Sequence record: KJ019152.1
Strand: one strand, 5' to 3'
DNA: 64,000 nucleotides
Under the pieces are notes generated by a model. It made no database searches. It was not told where the DNA came from and saw only the letters and a list, made by a program, of their open reading frames with translations. Shown here piece by piece: positions 18,938-28,800 of this stretch (position 1 is the first letter of the stretch; every line of letters begins with the position of its first letter). Both the position numbers and the translations under genes were made by a program.

Positions 18938-19321
18938 ATGAAAATCCAACAATCAATGCTTCGTCGTCTCGCCGCTAAGAGGGGGAAGAAGCAGAACGGA
19001 TTCACACTAATTGAACTGATGGTGGTTGTTGCTATCGTTGGTGTATTGTCGGCTGTTGGTCTCCCTCAGCTATTGAAAGCACAAGACCGAGCAAAGATCT
19101 CAGTAGCACAACAGGAAGCAGTCAACTACGCTAAAGAGTGTTCTATCTCCATTCTTACAGGTGGTGATGGTCCTGTCGTTGCTAACTTTTCAACAGTTCC
19201 TTCCGACCAAACCTGTGCCGCTGGTACTGATGTAACCGCTTTATCTGATACTGAGACAGTAGTAACCTGGACAGTAGAAATGGAAGGCGGCATCCCTGGC
19301 GTTCCTTCTTCCGATGAGTGA
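18938..19321 (+). CDS. type IV pilin (prepilin cleavage/methylation motif)
   Basis: Basic leader ending QNG|FTLIELMVVVAIVGVLSAVGLP with G-1, F+1, E+5; two Cys in the head. Confidence 0.9.
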   Translation: MKIQQSMLRRLAAKRGKKQNGFTLIELMVVVAIVGVLSAVGLPQLLKAQDRAKISVAQQEAVNYAKECSISILTGGDGPVVANFSTVPSDQTCAAGTDVTALSDTETVVTWTVEMEGGIPGVPSSDE

Positions 19322-19327
19322 TCTATT

Positions 19328-19891
19328 ATGAACCTAATGTCCACCATGGTGGGACTTAGCATCATGGGGGCTTCTGCCCCCGCTATGATGAAAATGTCCA
19401 TGGCACCATATGAAGCACAACTAAGAGCACAAAACCTAGGTGTAGCCGAAACTGCTGCTGTAGTATTCGCCGCTACTTACGAAGGTAAGCTCGAACTCCC
19501 AGAAGATACAGACACCTGTGTATCAAAACTACGTGAAGGTACTGCAAACGCTTTTAGCGTTACCTGTACTGAAGGTGATGGTAGGTATGTTCAGTCTGTA
19601 ACTCGTGCATTCCGTCTAGCTGTTCCCGATGAAGGACTAGACGGTGGTAATGCAACTGATACAAGCAGAGAGTTTGCATTTGAAACTCCTACTCGTTTCT
19701 CAGGACACCAATGTCCTGGTTATGATTCCTGGGGAGTCAACGGTTACAATGACAAAAACTACTCTGCCTTAGGTGGAGCTTGTATTCCTAACGATGGATG
19801 GAATCAAACTAATTATCAGTTCTCTGATCCAGACGCTTGGCTTTATGACATCAACAACCGTAATGGTTGGGGAGCACATCCTGACTACTAA
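19328..19891 (+). CDS. leaderless pilin-like protein
   Basis: Hydrophobic N-helix MNLMSTMVGLSIMGASAP; Cys- and aromatic-rich C-terminal domain. Confidence 0.5.
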   Translation: MNLMSTMVGLSIMGASAPAMMKMSMAPYEAQLRAQNLGVAETAAVVFAATYEGKLELPEDTDTCVSKLREGTANAFSVTCTEGDGRYVQSVTRAFRLAVPDEGLDGGNATDTSREFAFETPTRFSGHQCPGYDSWGVNGYNDKNYSALGGACIPNDGWNQTNYQFSDPDAWLYDINNRNGWGAHPDY

Positions 19892-20073
19892 TGATTGAGT
19901 TACTCGCATCTAGCATTATCATTTACGGTAATGCCAACGGGGTGTGGTCTCCCTCACATCCCGATATTTATCCTTATTCAGAACCACCTACACGAGTAGA
20001 AAAACCTGAAACTCCAAAAACATCTACGACTAGCGGAAATGGAGATATCATTTTCCCTCAACTATTAGAATAA
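19891..20073 (+). CDS. small hypothetical protein, third gene of the pilin cassette
   Basis: TAATG coupling with the upstream gene. Confidence 0.55.
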   Translation: MIELLASSIIIYGNANGVWSPSHPDIYPYSEPPTRVEKPETPKTSTTSGNGDIIFPQLLE

Positions 20074-20095
20074 CTAAAACTAGGAAACACACACA

Positions 20096-20117
20096 GGAGG
20101 GCAACCCTCCTTTTTTT
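20096..20117 (+). terminator. intrinsic terminator closing the pilin cassette
   Basis: GGAGGG-caa-CCCTCC followed by a T-run. Confidence 0.8.
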
Positions 20118-20150
20118 GTGCTATAATTATAAGTGAGTTGTGAGATTTCT

Positions 20151-20432
20151 ATGGACGAAAGAATAAGAACTTTATATGTCTTTCAGTCGGATGATCGTCT
20201 TATAACTCATGACGGGCATGTCCAACTAGGTTGTCATAACATGACCATGGAAAAGTTTATGTCTTTCGATAGGGAGAATATCCGATACATCGAAACCTAC
20301 TGGTTGCCTGATGTATTTGGAAATAGGTATAAGCGTTCTAACTTCCAAGCACACCAGAGGGTATCTGGGGAGAAGGGTGTATTAGAACTATCTAATAACC
20401 AACCAGGAAACAGACTTGATAGGTCTGTATAA
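20151..20432 (+). CDS. hypothetical protein
   Basis: ORF track; ATG 20151 preferred. Confidence 0.55.
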   Translation: MDERIRTLYVFQSDDRLITHDGHVQLGCHNMTMEKFMSFDRENIRYIETYWLPDVFGNRYKRSNFQAHQRVSGEKGVLELSNNQPGNRLDRSV

Positions 20433-20460
20433 GGCACCTATATACACAAAAAGGATTCCT

Positions 20461-20670
20461 ATGGGACCTATAATTGTATTTGCTTGTTTTCTACCTATAG
20501 TTGCTATATTCATTGTAATAAAACTAGCTGTTTGGGTAGAAGCTGTTAACTCCGAAACAAACTATGTCAGAGAAGAATCTTCAAGACAACGAGGACCTTG
20601 GGTGGAAAACCCATATGAGGATATTGATGTTGAGGAAGAGGAGTATGGAGATCGCACAGACTATCGATGA
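20461..20670 (+). CDS. small membrane hypothetical protein
   Basis: MGPIIVFACFLPIVAIFIVIKLAVW... Confidence 0.55.
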   Translation: MGPIIVFACFLPIVAIFIVIKLAVWVEAVNSETNYVREESSRQRGPWVENPYEDIDVEEEEYGDRTDYR

Positions 20671-20797
20671 AGCGATTAACGACTATTATTCGCTTCATGG
20701 ACTCCCTGTTCCCGATTGGAAACTGAAAAAGAATCCAGACTGGTGGATTGAATACTTACTTTCTCTTGGATTAACTGATAACAATGAACCCCTTTAA
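20645..20797 (+). CDS. small hypothetical protein
   Basis: MEIAQTIDEAINDYYSLHGLPVPDWK... Confidence 0.55.
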   Translation: MEIAQTIDEAINDYYSLHGLPVPDWKLKKNPDWWIEYLLSLGLTDNNEPL

Positions 20798-20956
20798 GAT
20801 ACTCGGACCTTTCCTAAACCTATTGGTGGTGTATAGTCTATGGTATTCTGACTTATACAGTAGGAATCGATACTACGCATATGGTATTGTATTACTACAC
20901 ATTCTCGTACTGGCATCAATTCCAACCATACCCGCAATTCTATATTGGTATTAATT

Positions 20957-21607
20957 ATGAAGATCTTTTTAGACACTGCTGACTTGAATGAGATCAGAGA
21001 AGCATCATCCACTGGTTTGATTGATGGGGTGACTACCAACCCAACACTCATTCTAAAGAGTGGTAATGACCTATACTCCACTGCAAAACTATTACAACTA
21101 GAATACCCCACATTTGAGAGTATCTCCACTGAGGTGGTTGCAGACACCGCAGAGGAGATGGTAGAGCAGGCACGTCAGTATCTTAATATTGGATCTGCAA
21201 TCACTGTTAAGGTTCCTTGTACTGTAGAGGGTCTTAAGGCGTGTAGAACACTCTCAGAGGAGGGTGTGAAGACCAATGTGACCCTTGTGTTCTCTGTATC
21301 CCAGGCTATCCTGGCAGCTAAGTCAGGAGCCACCTACGTGTCTCCCTTTGTTGGTAGGGTAAATGATAACTCCTTCAGTGGAGTTGCACTTATCCAAGCT
21401 ATCTCAGAGACCTTCTCCCTACACAGGGTGAAGACAGAGGTATTGGCAGCTTCAGTTCGTGAAGCAAACCAAGTAGGACGTTGTTTTGCAGCTGGTGCTG
21501 ACATTTGCACCATCCCAACCAAAGTATTCTGGAAGATGTACGAGCACATTCTCACAGAGAAAGGTTTAGAACTCTTCCAAAAGGACTGGGAGAACTCAGT
21601 ACGATAA
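20957..21607 (+). CDS. talC: transaldolase (TalC/FSA family)
   Basis: KIFLDTAD, GVTTNPTLI, VKVPCT, NVTLVFS, YVSPFVGR, LAASVR. Confidence 0.95.
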   Translation: MKIFLDTADLNEIREASSTGLIDGVTTNPTLILKSGNDLYSTAKLLQLEYPTFESISTEVVADTAEEMVEQARQYLNIGSAITVKVPCTVEGLKACRTLSEEGVKTNVTLVFSVSQAILAAKSGATYVSPFVGRVNDNSFSGVALIQAISETFSLHRVKTEVLAASVREANQVGRCFAAGADICTIPTKVFWKMYEHILTEKGLELFQKDWENSVR

Positions 21608-21628
21608 AGTGTGAATATTCACACTTTA
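21605..21628. repeat. perfect 24-bp palindrome
   Basis: TAAAGTGTGAATATTCACACTTTA equals its own reverse complement. Confidence 0.9.
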
Positions 21629-21670
21629 AGTATTATATAAATATTAAAGAATACATATTTCTTTGCATAA

Positions 21671-21877
21671 ATGAAACGTCCAGCCTTTTATTTGGTTGCG
21701 AGTGTTGTTATTGTTCAGATGTTAATGGCGGCGGGGGTATTATTTGGTTGTTTTGCACGACCGGATCCCCGTTGTACCGGAGATAAGGCATCTGATTTAC
21801 TGAATAATATTATTGTACAAACTTTCGCACTCTATGCGGCTGAGAAAGTTTCCCATAAAGATGATAAACAAGTATAG
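21671..21877 (+). CDS. small hypothetical protein
   Basis: ORF track; late promoter at 21636. Confidence 0.55.
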   Translation: MKRPAFYLVASVVIVQMLMAAGVLFGCFARPDPRCTGDKASDLLNNIIVQTFALYAAEKVSHKDDKQV

Positions 21878-21916
21878 TGTGGTAGAATAGGGGAGAACAC
21901 CTCCACCTATTTTTTT

Positions 21917-22405
21917 ATGCCTATCAATAAAGAGTATTATGATAAATGGTATGGGATATGGAGTTCCCAATCAGAAGATGTATTGGAAGTTACTGCCTTA
22001 GTTAGAGCTATTGAATGTACTAATGGGTGTATTCAGTGGGCGTTTAGGGACGATGATGACAGGTCACTACCCATTGAGAAGACCAGAGAGGCTATGAAAC
22101 TCTCCATGGGTGTGATGAAGAATAAGGTTTTACCATTCCCTGATGGTGGGAAGTTTGTTATCCCAGAGGATGTAGTTCCCCTCATGGATAAGTCCAGAGA
22201 TATTTACATTAGAGGATTCAAACAAGGTGATGAGGATGCCTACCAAGAGTTTATGGCACTATCCAAGTCACACTTTGTTGTAATGGGTAGAGAGAGGATG
22301 GATAGAAACTTCCAGAAGGTGAAGGATCATTTCATAGATGTGTTTAGTGACTACTGGATTGAGATGGGTAGGGGATATGTTTATGCCCTTGGGGAGTATG
22401 TATAA
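21917..22405 (+). CDS. hypothetical protein
   Basis: ORF track, 162 aa. Confidence 0.65.
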   Translation: MPINKEYYDKWYGIWSSQSEDVLEVTALVRAIECTNGCIQWAFRDDDDRSLPIEKTREAMKLSMGVMKNKVLPFPDGGKFVIPEDVVPLMDKSRDIYIRGFKQGDEDAYQEFMALSKSHFVVMGRERMDRNFQKVKDHFIDVFSDYWIEMGRGYVYALGEYV

Positions 22406-22429
22406 ATATCTGGTATCGCTTCTCCTCCA

Positions 22430-22621
22430 ATGGACGAAAATAGTGCATCACGTATTTTAGATTCAGCAGGAAAAGGTGGGCATGTTAATCCTACCGCCCT
22501 GGCTGTTACCATACGTGCCGCAGTGAAGGAATGTCTAGACCATAATGGTATGGTTAGTATGTCATCCCTCTACGAACTCAGTTGTCAGTTGGAAAAGAAG
22601 GGAAAAGAGTGGTATGATTAG
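22430..22621 (+). CDS. hypothetical protein
   Basis: ORF track. Confidence 0.5.
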   Translation: MDENSASRILDSAGKGGHVNPTALAVTIRAAVKECLDHNGMVSMSSLYELSCQLEKKGKEWYD

Positions 22622-22641
22622 TAAACTTATTTGGTGATGTC

Positions 22642-22842
22642 ATGAGTGAAAAACTTTGGGTGAAGATGGCGGAAGTATTCTACAATAAGGATGCCGAGAC
22701 CGCAGAGCGAATGGGAGTTGAGAACTTCTTCAATAAAGCAGCATCTAGAATGATTACAGTTGTTGCTGAGAGTATTGATGGGGAGGAGAGACTATACCTA
22801 GAAGAGCAATCCAAAATAGCAGAGGCTGAACAACGAGTATGA
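22642..22842 (+). CDS. hypothetical protein
   Basis: ORF track; ATGA overlap with the next gene. Confidence 0.5.
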   Translation: MSEKLWVKMAEVFYNKDAETAERMGVENFFNKAASRMITVVAESIDGEERLYLEEQSKIAEAEQRV

Positions 22843-23066
22843 ACACTTACTATGTGATAGTATACACACTAGTATTCTTTGTTGGTGTATGTATTATTGA
22901 ACCCAACCTACTCAAGTGGATAGAACTCCAGTTTAAGTGGGCAGGTATAAACGTTAGAAGAGCTATACTTATAGTTCAATTTCATCCACGTAACTTTGTT
23001 ACCAACTGGATAATTCGTAGGAAGTTTCAGAAGATTATCAGAGAACATAGTCAACCTAAAGAGTAG
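22839..23066 (+). CDS. small membrane hypothetical protein
   Basis: ORF track; hydrophobic N-terminus. Confidence 0.55.
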   Translation: MNTYYVIVYTLVFFVGVCIIEPNLLKWIELQFKWAGINVRRAILIVQFHPRNFVTNWIIRRKFQKIIREHSQPKE

Positions 23067-23075
23067 GAGTTAGTT

Positions 23076-23252
23076 GTGATTGAGACTTTGGCATTTGTTT
23101 TCCTTTCATGCCAAGATGCACGTCAGGTTGCAGATCGTGCAATGAATACTGAGAGTATTACCAAAGAAGTAGCCATAGAAGTTATTATTGAACTTGATAT
23201 AGCTTCTGGCGGCAAATGTAACTTACCTGGAATAACTGATGGGCATGTTTGA
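23076..23252 (+). CDS. hypothetical protein (58 aa)
   Basis: AGGAG Shine-Dalgarno, GTG start, VIETLAFVFLSCQDA... Confidence 0.45.
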   Translation: MIETLAFVFLSCQDARQVADRAMNTESITKEVAIEVIIELDIASGGKCNLPGITDGHV

Positions 23253-23628
23253 TACTATAAGATGCTCCTATGATATTGGAGAACTAACTGATGTAGAATG
23301 TCAGTCTAAGAATATAGATGATTGGGGAGGCACTATGTCTTTCTATTGGGTAGATCCTAATGGGAGGTTGTGGTCTCCCAGTTATGCTGGAACCTATGAC
23401 TTTGTTCCTGAAGAGGGACCCTTCCCTGAGCTCGGAAAGGGGAAGCTTAGTCATGTACAATATTTGGGTACTACACCTAATGGAACTCATGGGAAGTATC
23501 AGTTCGTATCTATGACAAGATGTATAGAGATATATGATACAAAAACACATGCAGATGGGTATGTAGAGTTTGTGACATGTTATTTGTCATTCTACCAAGG
23601 ACTACTGAGAGATTACTTTTATAAATAA
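23239..23628 (+). CDS. hypothetical protein
   Basis: MGMFDTIRC start; ORF track. Confidence 0.6.
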   Translation: MGMFDTIRCSYDIGELTDVECQSKNIDDWGGTMSFYWVDPNGRLWSPSYAGTYDFVPEEGPFPELGKGKLSHVQYLGTTPNGTHGKYQFVSMTRCIEIYDTKTHADGYVEFVTCYLSFYQGLLRDYFYK

Positions 23629-23653
23629 GTCCATATAGAGTTGTTTTTAACCA

Positions 23654-25132
23654 ATGGATCTCCAATCATATATCCAACTTAAAGAGGCGTACACCAACGT
23701 CCACTCCCCAAAGGTAGAAGTCACTAGAGAAGAAGTTGATGCTTTCATTGATGCTCTACTGGAAGAAGGATACGATCTAAGTGAGTTCACTTGGGAGGAA
23801 GTCCGTGATGCTTACCTAGAAGAGGGTGTTGCTAATAATCCTCGTTGGGGAGTTATTGGTCAAGGTGCAAGACTTCTTCAGAAAGGTTTTGGTAACAAAC
23901 AACAGGGAGATGCTGCTAGGGATTATGAGACATCTGTAAATAATATTAATAGTCGTAGAAATCAAAATTCTAGTACATCAACCGCAACTGCTAACGAGAT
24001 TGCAGCAGAAACCAAAGGTAGGAAAGCTCAGACAGGTGGTGGATCTAGTTCTAGTGGATCTAGTTCTAGTGGATCTGGTGGATCAAGTCTCTCTGATTCT
24101 GTTGCTAGAAAACAGAAAGAGGCTGATGCCAAACGCGCAAGACAAAGGGAGACTGGTGGAACTGGAGCCACCGACAATAAGCCCGCTGGTGGTTCCGGTG
24201 GATCCGGTGGTTCTGGTGGATCCGGTGGTTCTGGTGGATCCGGTGGCGGCAGTAATAGACCAGTAGCAAAGGCTAAGCCAGTACAGACAGCACAACAGAA
24301 GGCAGACTCTTCTACTAACGCACAGTATGACAAGTTGAGGAAGTCTGATCCAGCTGCCGCTAAGAAGTTTGGTATGGCTGCATCACAGAAGAAGTTTGGT
24401 AATCAACTAAAGCCAAAGACTCCAAATCCATTGATGAGGGGTATGAATACTGCTTCTACTAAGCCAGCAACTACTCCTAAGCCAGCAACTACTCCTAAGC
24501 CAACAACTCCAGTATCAGACTCATCTCCTGTTAGGGCAATGAGTAAGACTACCCCCACACCAGCTGCCTCCAAGCCAAAGGCAACACCTATCAAGTCAAG
24601 TCGCCTAAACAAGGCACTATCCAGTGTTGGTGAAGCAGTGGAATTTGATTCCTTTGATATCATCCTAGAATACCTAGTTGATTCTGGTTTCCCACAACAG
24701 GAAGCTCTCGTCATCATGGCGGAAATGCCTGAAGAGAAACGCGAAGAGATTCTCGAAGCTATGAAGCATCGTGACGCCAAGACTGGTGAAGTCACAGACA
24801 AGCCTGAAATTGGCAAGACATACTACCCCCATGGTGAGCGTCAGAAGTCTTCTGTAGCTCTTCGCAAAGAGAAGGAGAGGGCAGATGCTAAAAAGAAATC
24901 AGTGAAGGAGGATAGAGCTTCTCTCGCAGATGCCTATCGGGCAGTTTATTCTGAGGAAGCTTCCGATACTAAAAAGGATAAGCACCTAGAGCGTGGTGGT
25001 CACTCTGCTAAGACTGACTATAGTAAGCCACCTTCTACTGGTAACACCTTCGGTAAGAAGCCATCTATGAGTGAGGAAGATCGTAGTGAGGCTATGGCTA
25101 AGATTGTGGCTAGAATGAAAGGTAAGAAATAA
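23654..25132 (+). CDS. late low-complexity protein (492 aa), possibly virion-associated
   Basis: TATAAATA at 23620; GGS repeats, KPATTP repeats, recurrent EAY/DAY acidic modules. Confidence 0.7.
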   Translation: MDLQSYIQLKEAYTNVHSPKVEVTREEVDAFIDALLEEGYDLSEFTWEEVRDAYLEEGVANNPRWGVIGQGARLLQKGFGNKQQGDAARDYETSVNNINSRRNQNSSTSTATANEIAAETKGRKAQTGGGSSSSGSSSSGSGGSSLSDSVARKQKEADAKRARQRETGGTGATDNKPAGGSGGSGGSGGSGGSGGSGGGSNRPVAKAKPVQTAQQKADSSTNAQYDKLRKSDPAAAKKFGMAASQKKFGNQLKPKTPNPLMRGMNTASTKPATTPKPATTPKPTTPVSDSSPVRAMSKTTPTPAASKPKATPIKSSRLNKALSSVGEAVEFDSFDIILEYLVDSGFPQQEALVIMAEMPEEKREEILEAMKHRDAKTGEVTDKPEIGKTYYPHGERQKSSVALRKEKERADAKKKSVKEDRASLADAYRAVYSEEASDTKKDKHLERGGHSAKTDYSKPPSTGNTFGKKPSMSEEDRSEAMAKIVARMKGKK

Positions 25133-25144
25133 TAGTGTTATAAT

Positions 25145-25176
25145 AACCCCATAGGTCCATTCCCATGGGGTTTTTT
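25145..25176 (+). terminator. intrinsic terminator
   Basis: AACCCCAT...ATGGGGTT followed by a T-run. Confidence 0.75.
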
Positions 25177-25210
25177 GTTATGAATACATAAAACTAGATG
25201 GACTTACTCC

Positions 25211-25585
25211 ATGAATACATATGGTTCTCCCGAAGGTTATCTCTTTAACCTTCATACCTGCTCAGCATCAGAAGCGAAGCGAATGTGGAAAGAATCTATA
25301 AAGAATGATTGGAAACATAAATGTGCTTATTGTGGATCGGAACATGAAATTACTTTAGATCATATAGTACCCAAAGCGAAAGGGGGTACTAGTCATACAA
25401 CCAATGTCGTAGCTTGTTGTCGTTCTTGTAACGGGAGTAAGGCATATGAGGATTGGATTATCTGGTATATTCAACAGCCATTCTTCACTGAAGAGAGGAG
25501 GGAGGCTATTGAAAAGTGGATGGAGAAGGGCCTCCTCAACAATAACTTAGTTGCATATCCACCCAGAAGAAATGTCGTTTATTGA
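25211..25585 (+). CDS. HNH endonuclease (CxxC...DH...CxxCN)
   Basis: CAYCG...TLDHIVPKAKGG...NVVACCRSCNGSK. Confidence 0.85.
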   Translation: MNTYGSPEGYLFNLHTCSASEAKRMWKESIKNDWKHKCAYCGSEHEITLDHIVPKAKGGTSHTTNVVACCRSCNGSKAYEDWIIWYIQQPFFTEERREAIEKWMEKGLLNNNLVAYPPRRNVVY

Positions 25586-25591
25586 GTCTTT

Positions 25592-25720
25592 ATGGATTCC
25601 TATCACCCGTCTAGGGCAGATCAAGAACTAGAACTAGAACAGCAAGAACTAAAAACAATCATAGGAGGATCTATACTATCCTTCTTCACTGTACTTATAC
25701 CTTTTATTATACTTCTCTAA
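25592..25720 (+). CDS. small membrane protein (42 aa)
   Basis: MDSYHPSRADQELELEQQELKTIIGGSILSFFTVLIPFIILL. Confidence 0.45.
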   Translation: MDSYHPSRADQELELEQQELKTIIGGSILSFFTVLIPFIILL

Positions 25721-25801
25721 AACCTTTCAGTTCAGGCGATATAAATAAACCTAAGAAGAGTATATGCGTTCTTCGTCGGATAGCCTGAATCGACAAAAGA
25801 G

Positions 25802-28800
25802 ATGATCTCAACAGCGACTAAGATTAAATTTAAAAGGTCTGGTGTAGCCGGACGTAGACCCTCCTTAGCTGATCTTCAGTTAGGTGAATTGGGGATCAAT
25901 TATAACGATGGTAAACTATTTTTCCGACAGGAAAATGAAGTAGTTGGCTCTCGTATCATTGAACCTGGACAGGGTGATGTAATCGGTAAGACTATTTTCG
26001 TATCCACAAAGGGTAACGATAACAATAGTGGTCTTAACGAAAGAGATGCCAAGAGAACTGTTAAAGCGGCCGCCGCAGTAGCAGAACCTGGTGACTCCAT
26101 CAAACTGTATCCAGGTCAGTACATCGAAGATAACCCTATCGTATTTAAGGATAGGGTATCTGTAGAGGGTATGGAGCTTCGTAACGTTCTCGTTACTCCA
26201 GCCAACCCCAGTAAAGACTTGTATCAAGTTGGTGAGGCGTTCCACGCTACCAACCATTCCTTTGTGTCCAATAGGGATTCAACAGATGGTGCCTCTATTA
26301 TCACCTATCGTCCTCTAGAGGGAACTGCGTCTGACAGGTATTTTGACGCGGCTAGACTCATCAGGGACAATCTTAGCTTCATTGCTAACGAGACAGTAGG
26401 TTTCCTAACCAGTGGATATTCAGGCTTTGCCGCTGGTCAGAGATCACAGGACGCTGCTCGTGCTCTAGAACTAAACAAGAACTTCATAGTAGAAGAAGCA
26501 TTTCAATATATCAACTCTCCTGATTATACAGGAGCCACATACTTCAACCCAGACCCAGCACAGTGTAAGAGAGACCTAGGAAATATCATTGATGGTTGGA
26601 GATATGATCTCATCTCTGATGGTAACACCAGATCTACTGGTCTTGGTCTAACCTACTACGCACCTATTCCCTTTGTGAATAGTGCTAATGTTGCTGACCT
26701 TGTATACAACAGAAATAACGGTGATGTTCTAATTGAAACCGACGTAGATACACAGGTTTCAGTTGGTGAGAAGATCAAACTACAGGATATCAGACTAGAG
26801 TGTGGTTCCTACAATAACGACTTCTTTATCACTGGTTTCAAGTATGATAACACCAGTGGTATTGGAACAGTTAATCTACCCTTTATCCATAACGTCAAGG
26901 TTGGAGACCTTGTTAAGTTTGATGGTTTAGAGTTTGATTGTCCTGCCTATGGTGCCATTGAATATGGTATCCAAGACTTCAAGTATAATGAAACTACTGG
27001 TGGAAGTGTTGTCACACTCACCGAAGATCACGATCTAAAGATTGGTGACACCATTGAACTAAGAGACCTTCAGTTCGATTGTCCCGCCTATGGTGGTGAC
27101 TTCACTAACATCATCAACCTAGAATACAATAAGACCAGTGGTCAGGGTGTTATCACATATGACAAACCCGCCGATCTCAAGTCTGGTGACGTTGTTATCC
27201 TCTATGACCTCACACTAACTTGTGATGCTTATGGTAACGCTATCTCAGTTACTGATTTCTCTTATGATAACTTCACTGGTATCACTGAAGTAGAAGTAAA
27301 TAGACCCCACAACCTCCGTCCCGGAGACCTAATCAAACTAGAGAACCTTAAGTTCTCTTGTGATTCCTACCTTAATGAAACATACAAGGTCTCTAACTTT
27401 GTATATAATGAGAGCACTGGTGATAGTGTCCTCACCCTAACTGAACCACATAGTTTAGTTGCTGGTAAGAACGTCAGACTTGCTGACCTAGTTTTCTCCT
27501 GTAACTCCTATGTTCCAACCGCTAAAGCAATCTCTGATTTCCAGTATGATGAAGTAGTTGGTATCTCTACTATTACTCTAGCATCTCCACACAACTTATC
27601 AGTTGGTGAGCAGTTCAGACTAGAGGACCTAGTATTCTCCTGTAACTCATACTCCTTCACTGATATTCCTATCATTGATGCACCATATGATAATGTAACT
27701 GGTTATGTAACCCTATCGTTCTCTGGTGACCACGGACAACAGGTTGGTGAGAGAGTAAGACTCAGAGATATTGAGTACTCCTGCCCTGGTGGTTCAGGTA
27801 TCACTACAACCTTGTTCCCCGATGGAACCTTTGGTTATGAGTTTGAAATCCTAAGTGTTCCAAACACTAAGAAGATGATTCTTAATGTTGGCACCTCCAC
27901 TATTGAACACTCCTATGTGAGTGGTGGTACTGCTACCGTTGGTATTACAACTACTATCTTCCCTGATGGAACACAAGGTTTCGACTTCAATGTATCCAGT
28001 GTTAATAGTTCCACTGTTATCGAAGCAAGTGTTGGTATTTCTACCATCGCTCACAACTATGTTTCTGGTGGATCATTATTCGTTGGTTTCACTACCACAG
28101 TATTCCCCGATGGAACACAAGGTGATACCTTCAGAGTTAATTCTATTCCTTCTAGCACTCAAATCAGTGTTAATGTTGGTGTATCTTCTATCGCCCATAC
28201 TTTCGTATCCGGTGGTACAGCAACTGACCTAGACTCTTTCATCCCTGTATCTGGTTTCACCTACAATGAAGGTGACGGAACTGGACTAGTATCCCTAGAC
28301 AAGGCACACAACCTAGTGGTTGGTGACTCTTTTGTTCTAGAGGATCTTAAGTTCAACTGTAACTCCTACAGAACAGGTGGTACTTCTACTATTGATATCA
28401 CTAACTTTGAGTATGATAAGGTAACCGGACTATCTACAGTCACACTATCTTCTTCACACAACCTACATGTTAATGATACCGTAGCACTATATGATATCAA
28501 GTTCTCTTGTCCTGGTGGTTCAGGTATTACAACTAATATCTTCCCCGATGGAACCAGAGACAACTTCTATGATGTAGTTGCTGACCTAAACCCCAACCAG
28601 ATTATTGTTCGTGTTGGTAAGTCTGACATTACTCACACATACGCTAGTGGTGGTAGTCTATCCGTTGGTATCACTACTAACATCTTCCCTGATGGAACCA
28701 GACCTTCTGGTGACTTCTTCCAGGTCATCTCTGTCCCCTCTACCAAGTCTGTTCTAACTCAGGTTGGTCTATCCTCTATCGCCCACTCATACGCAAGTGG

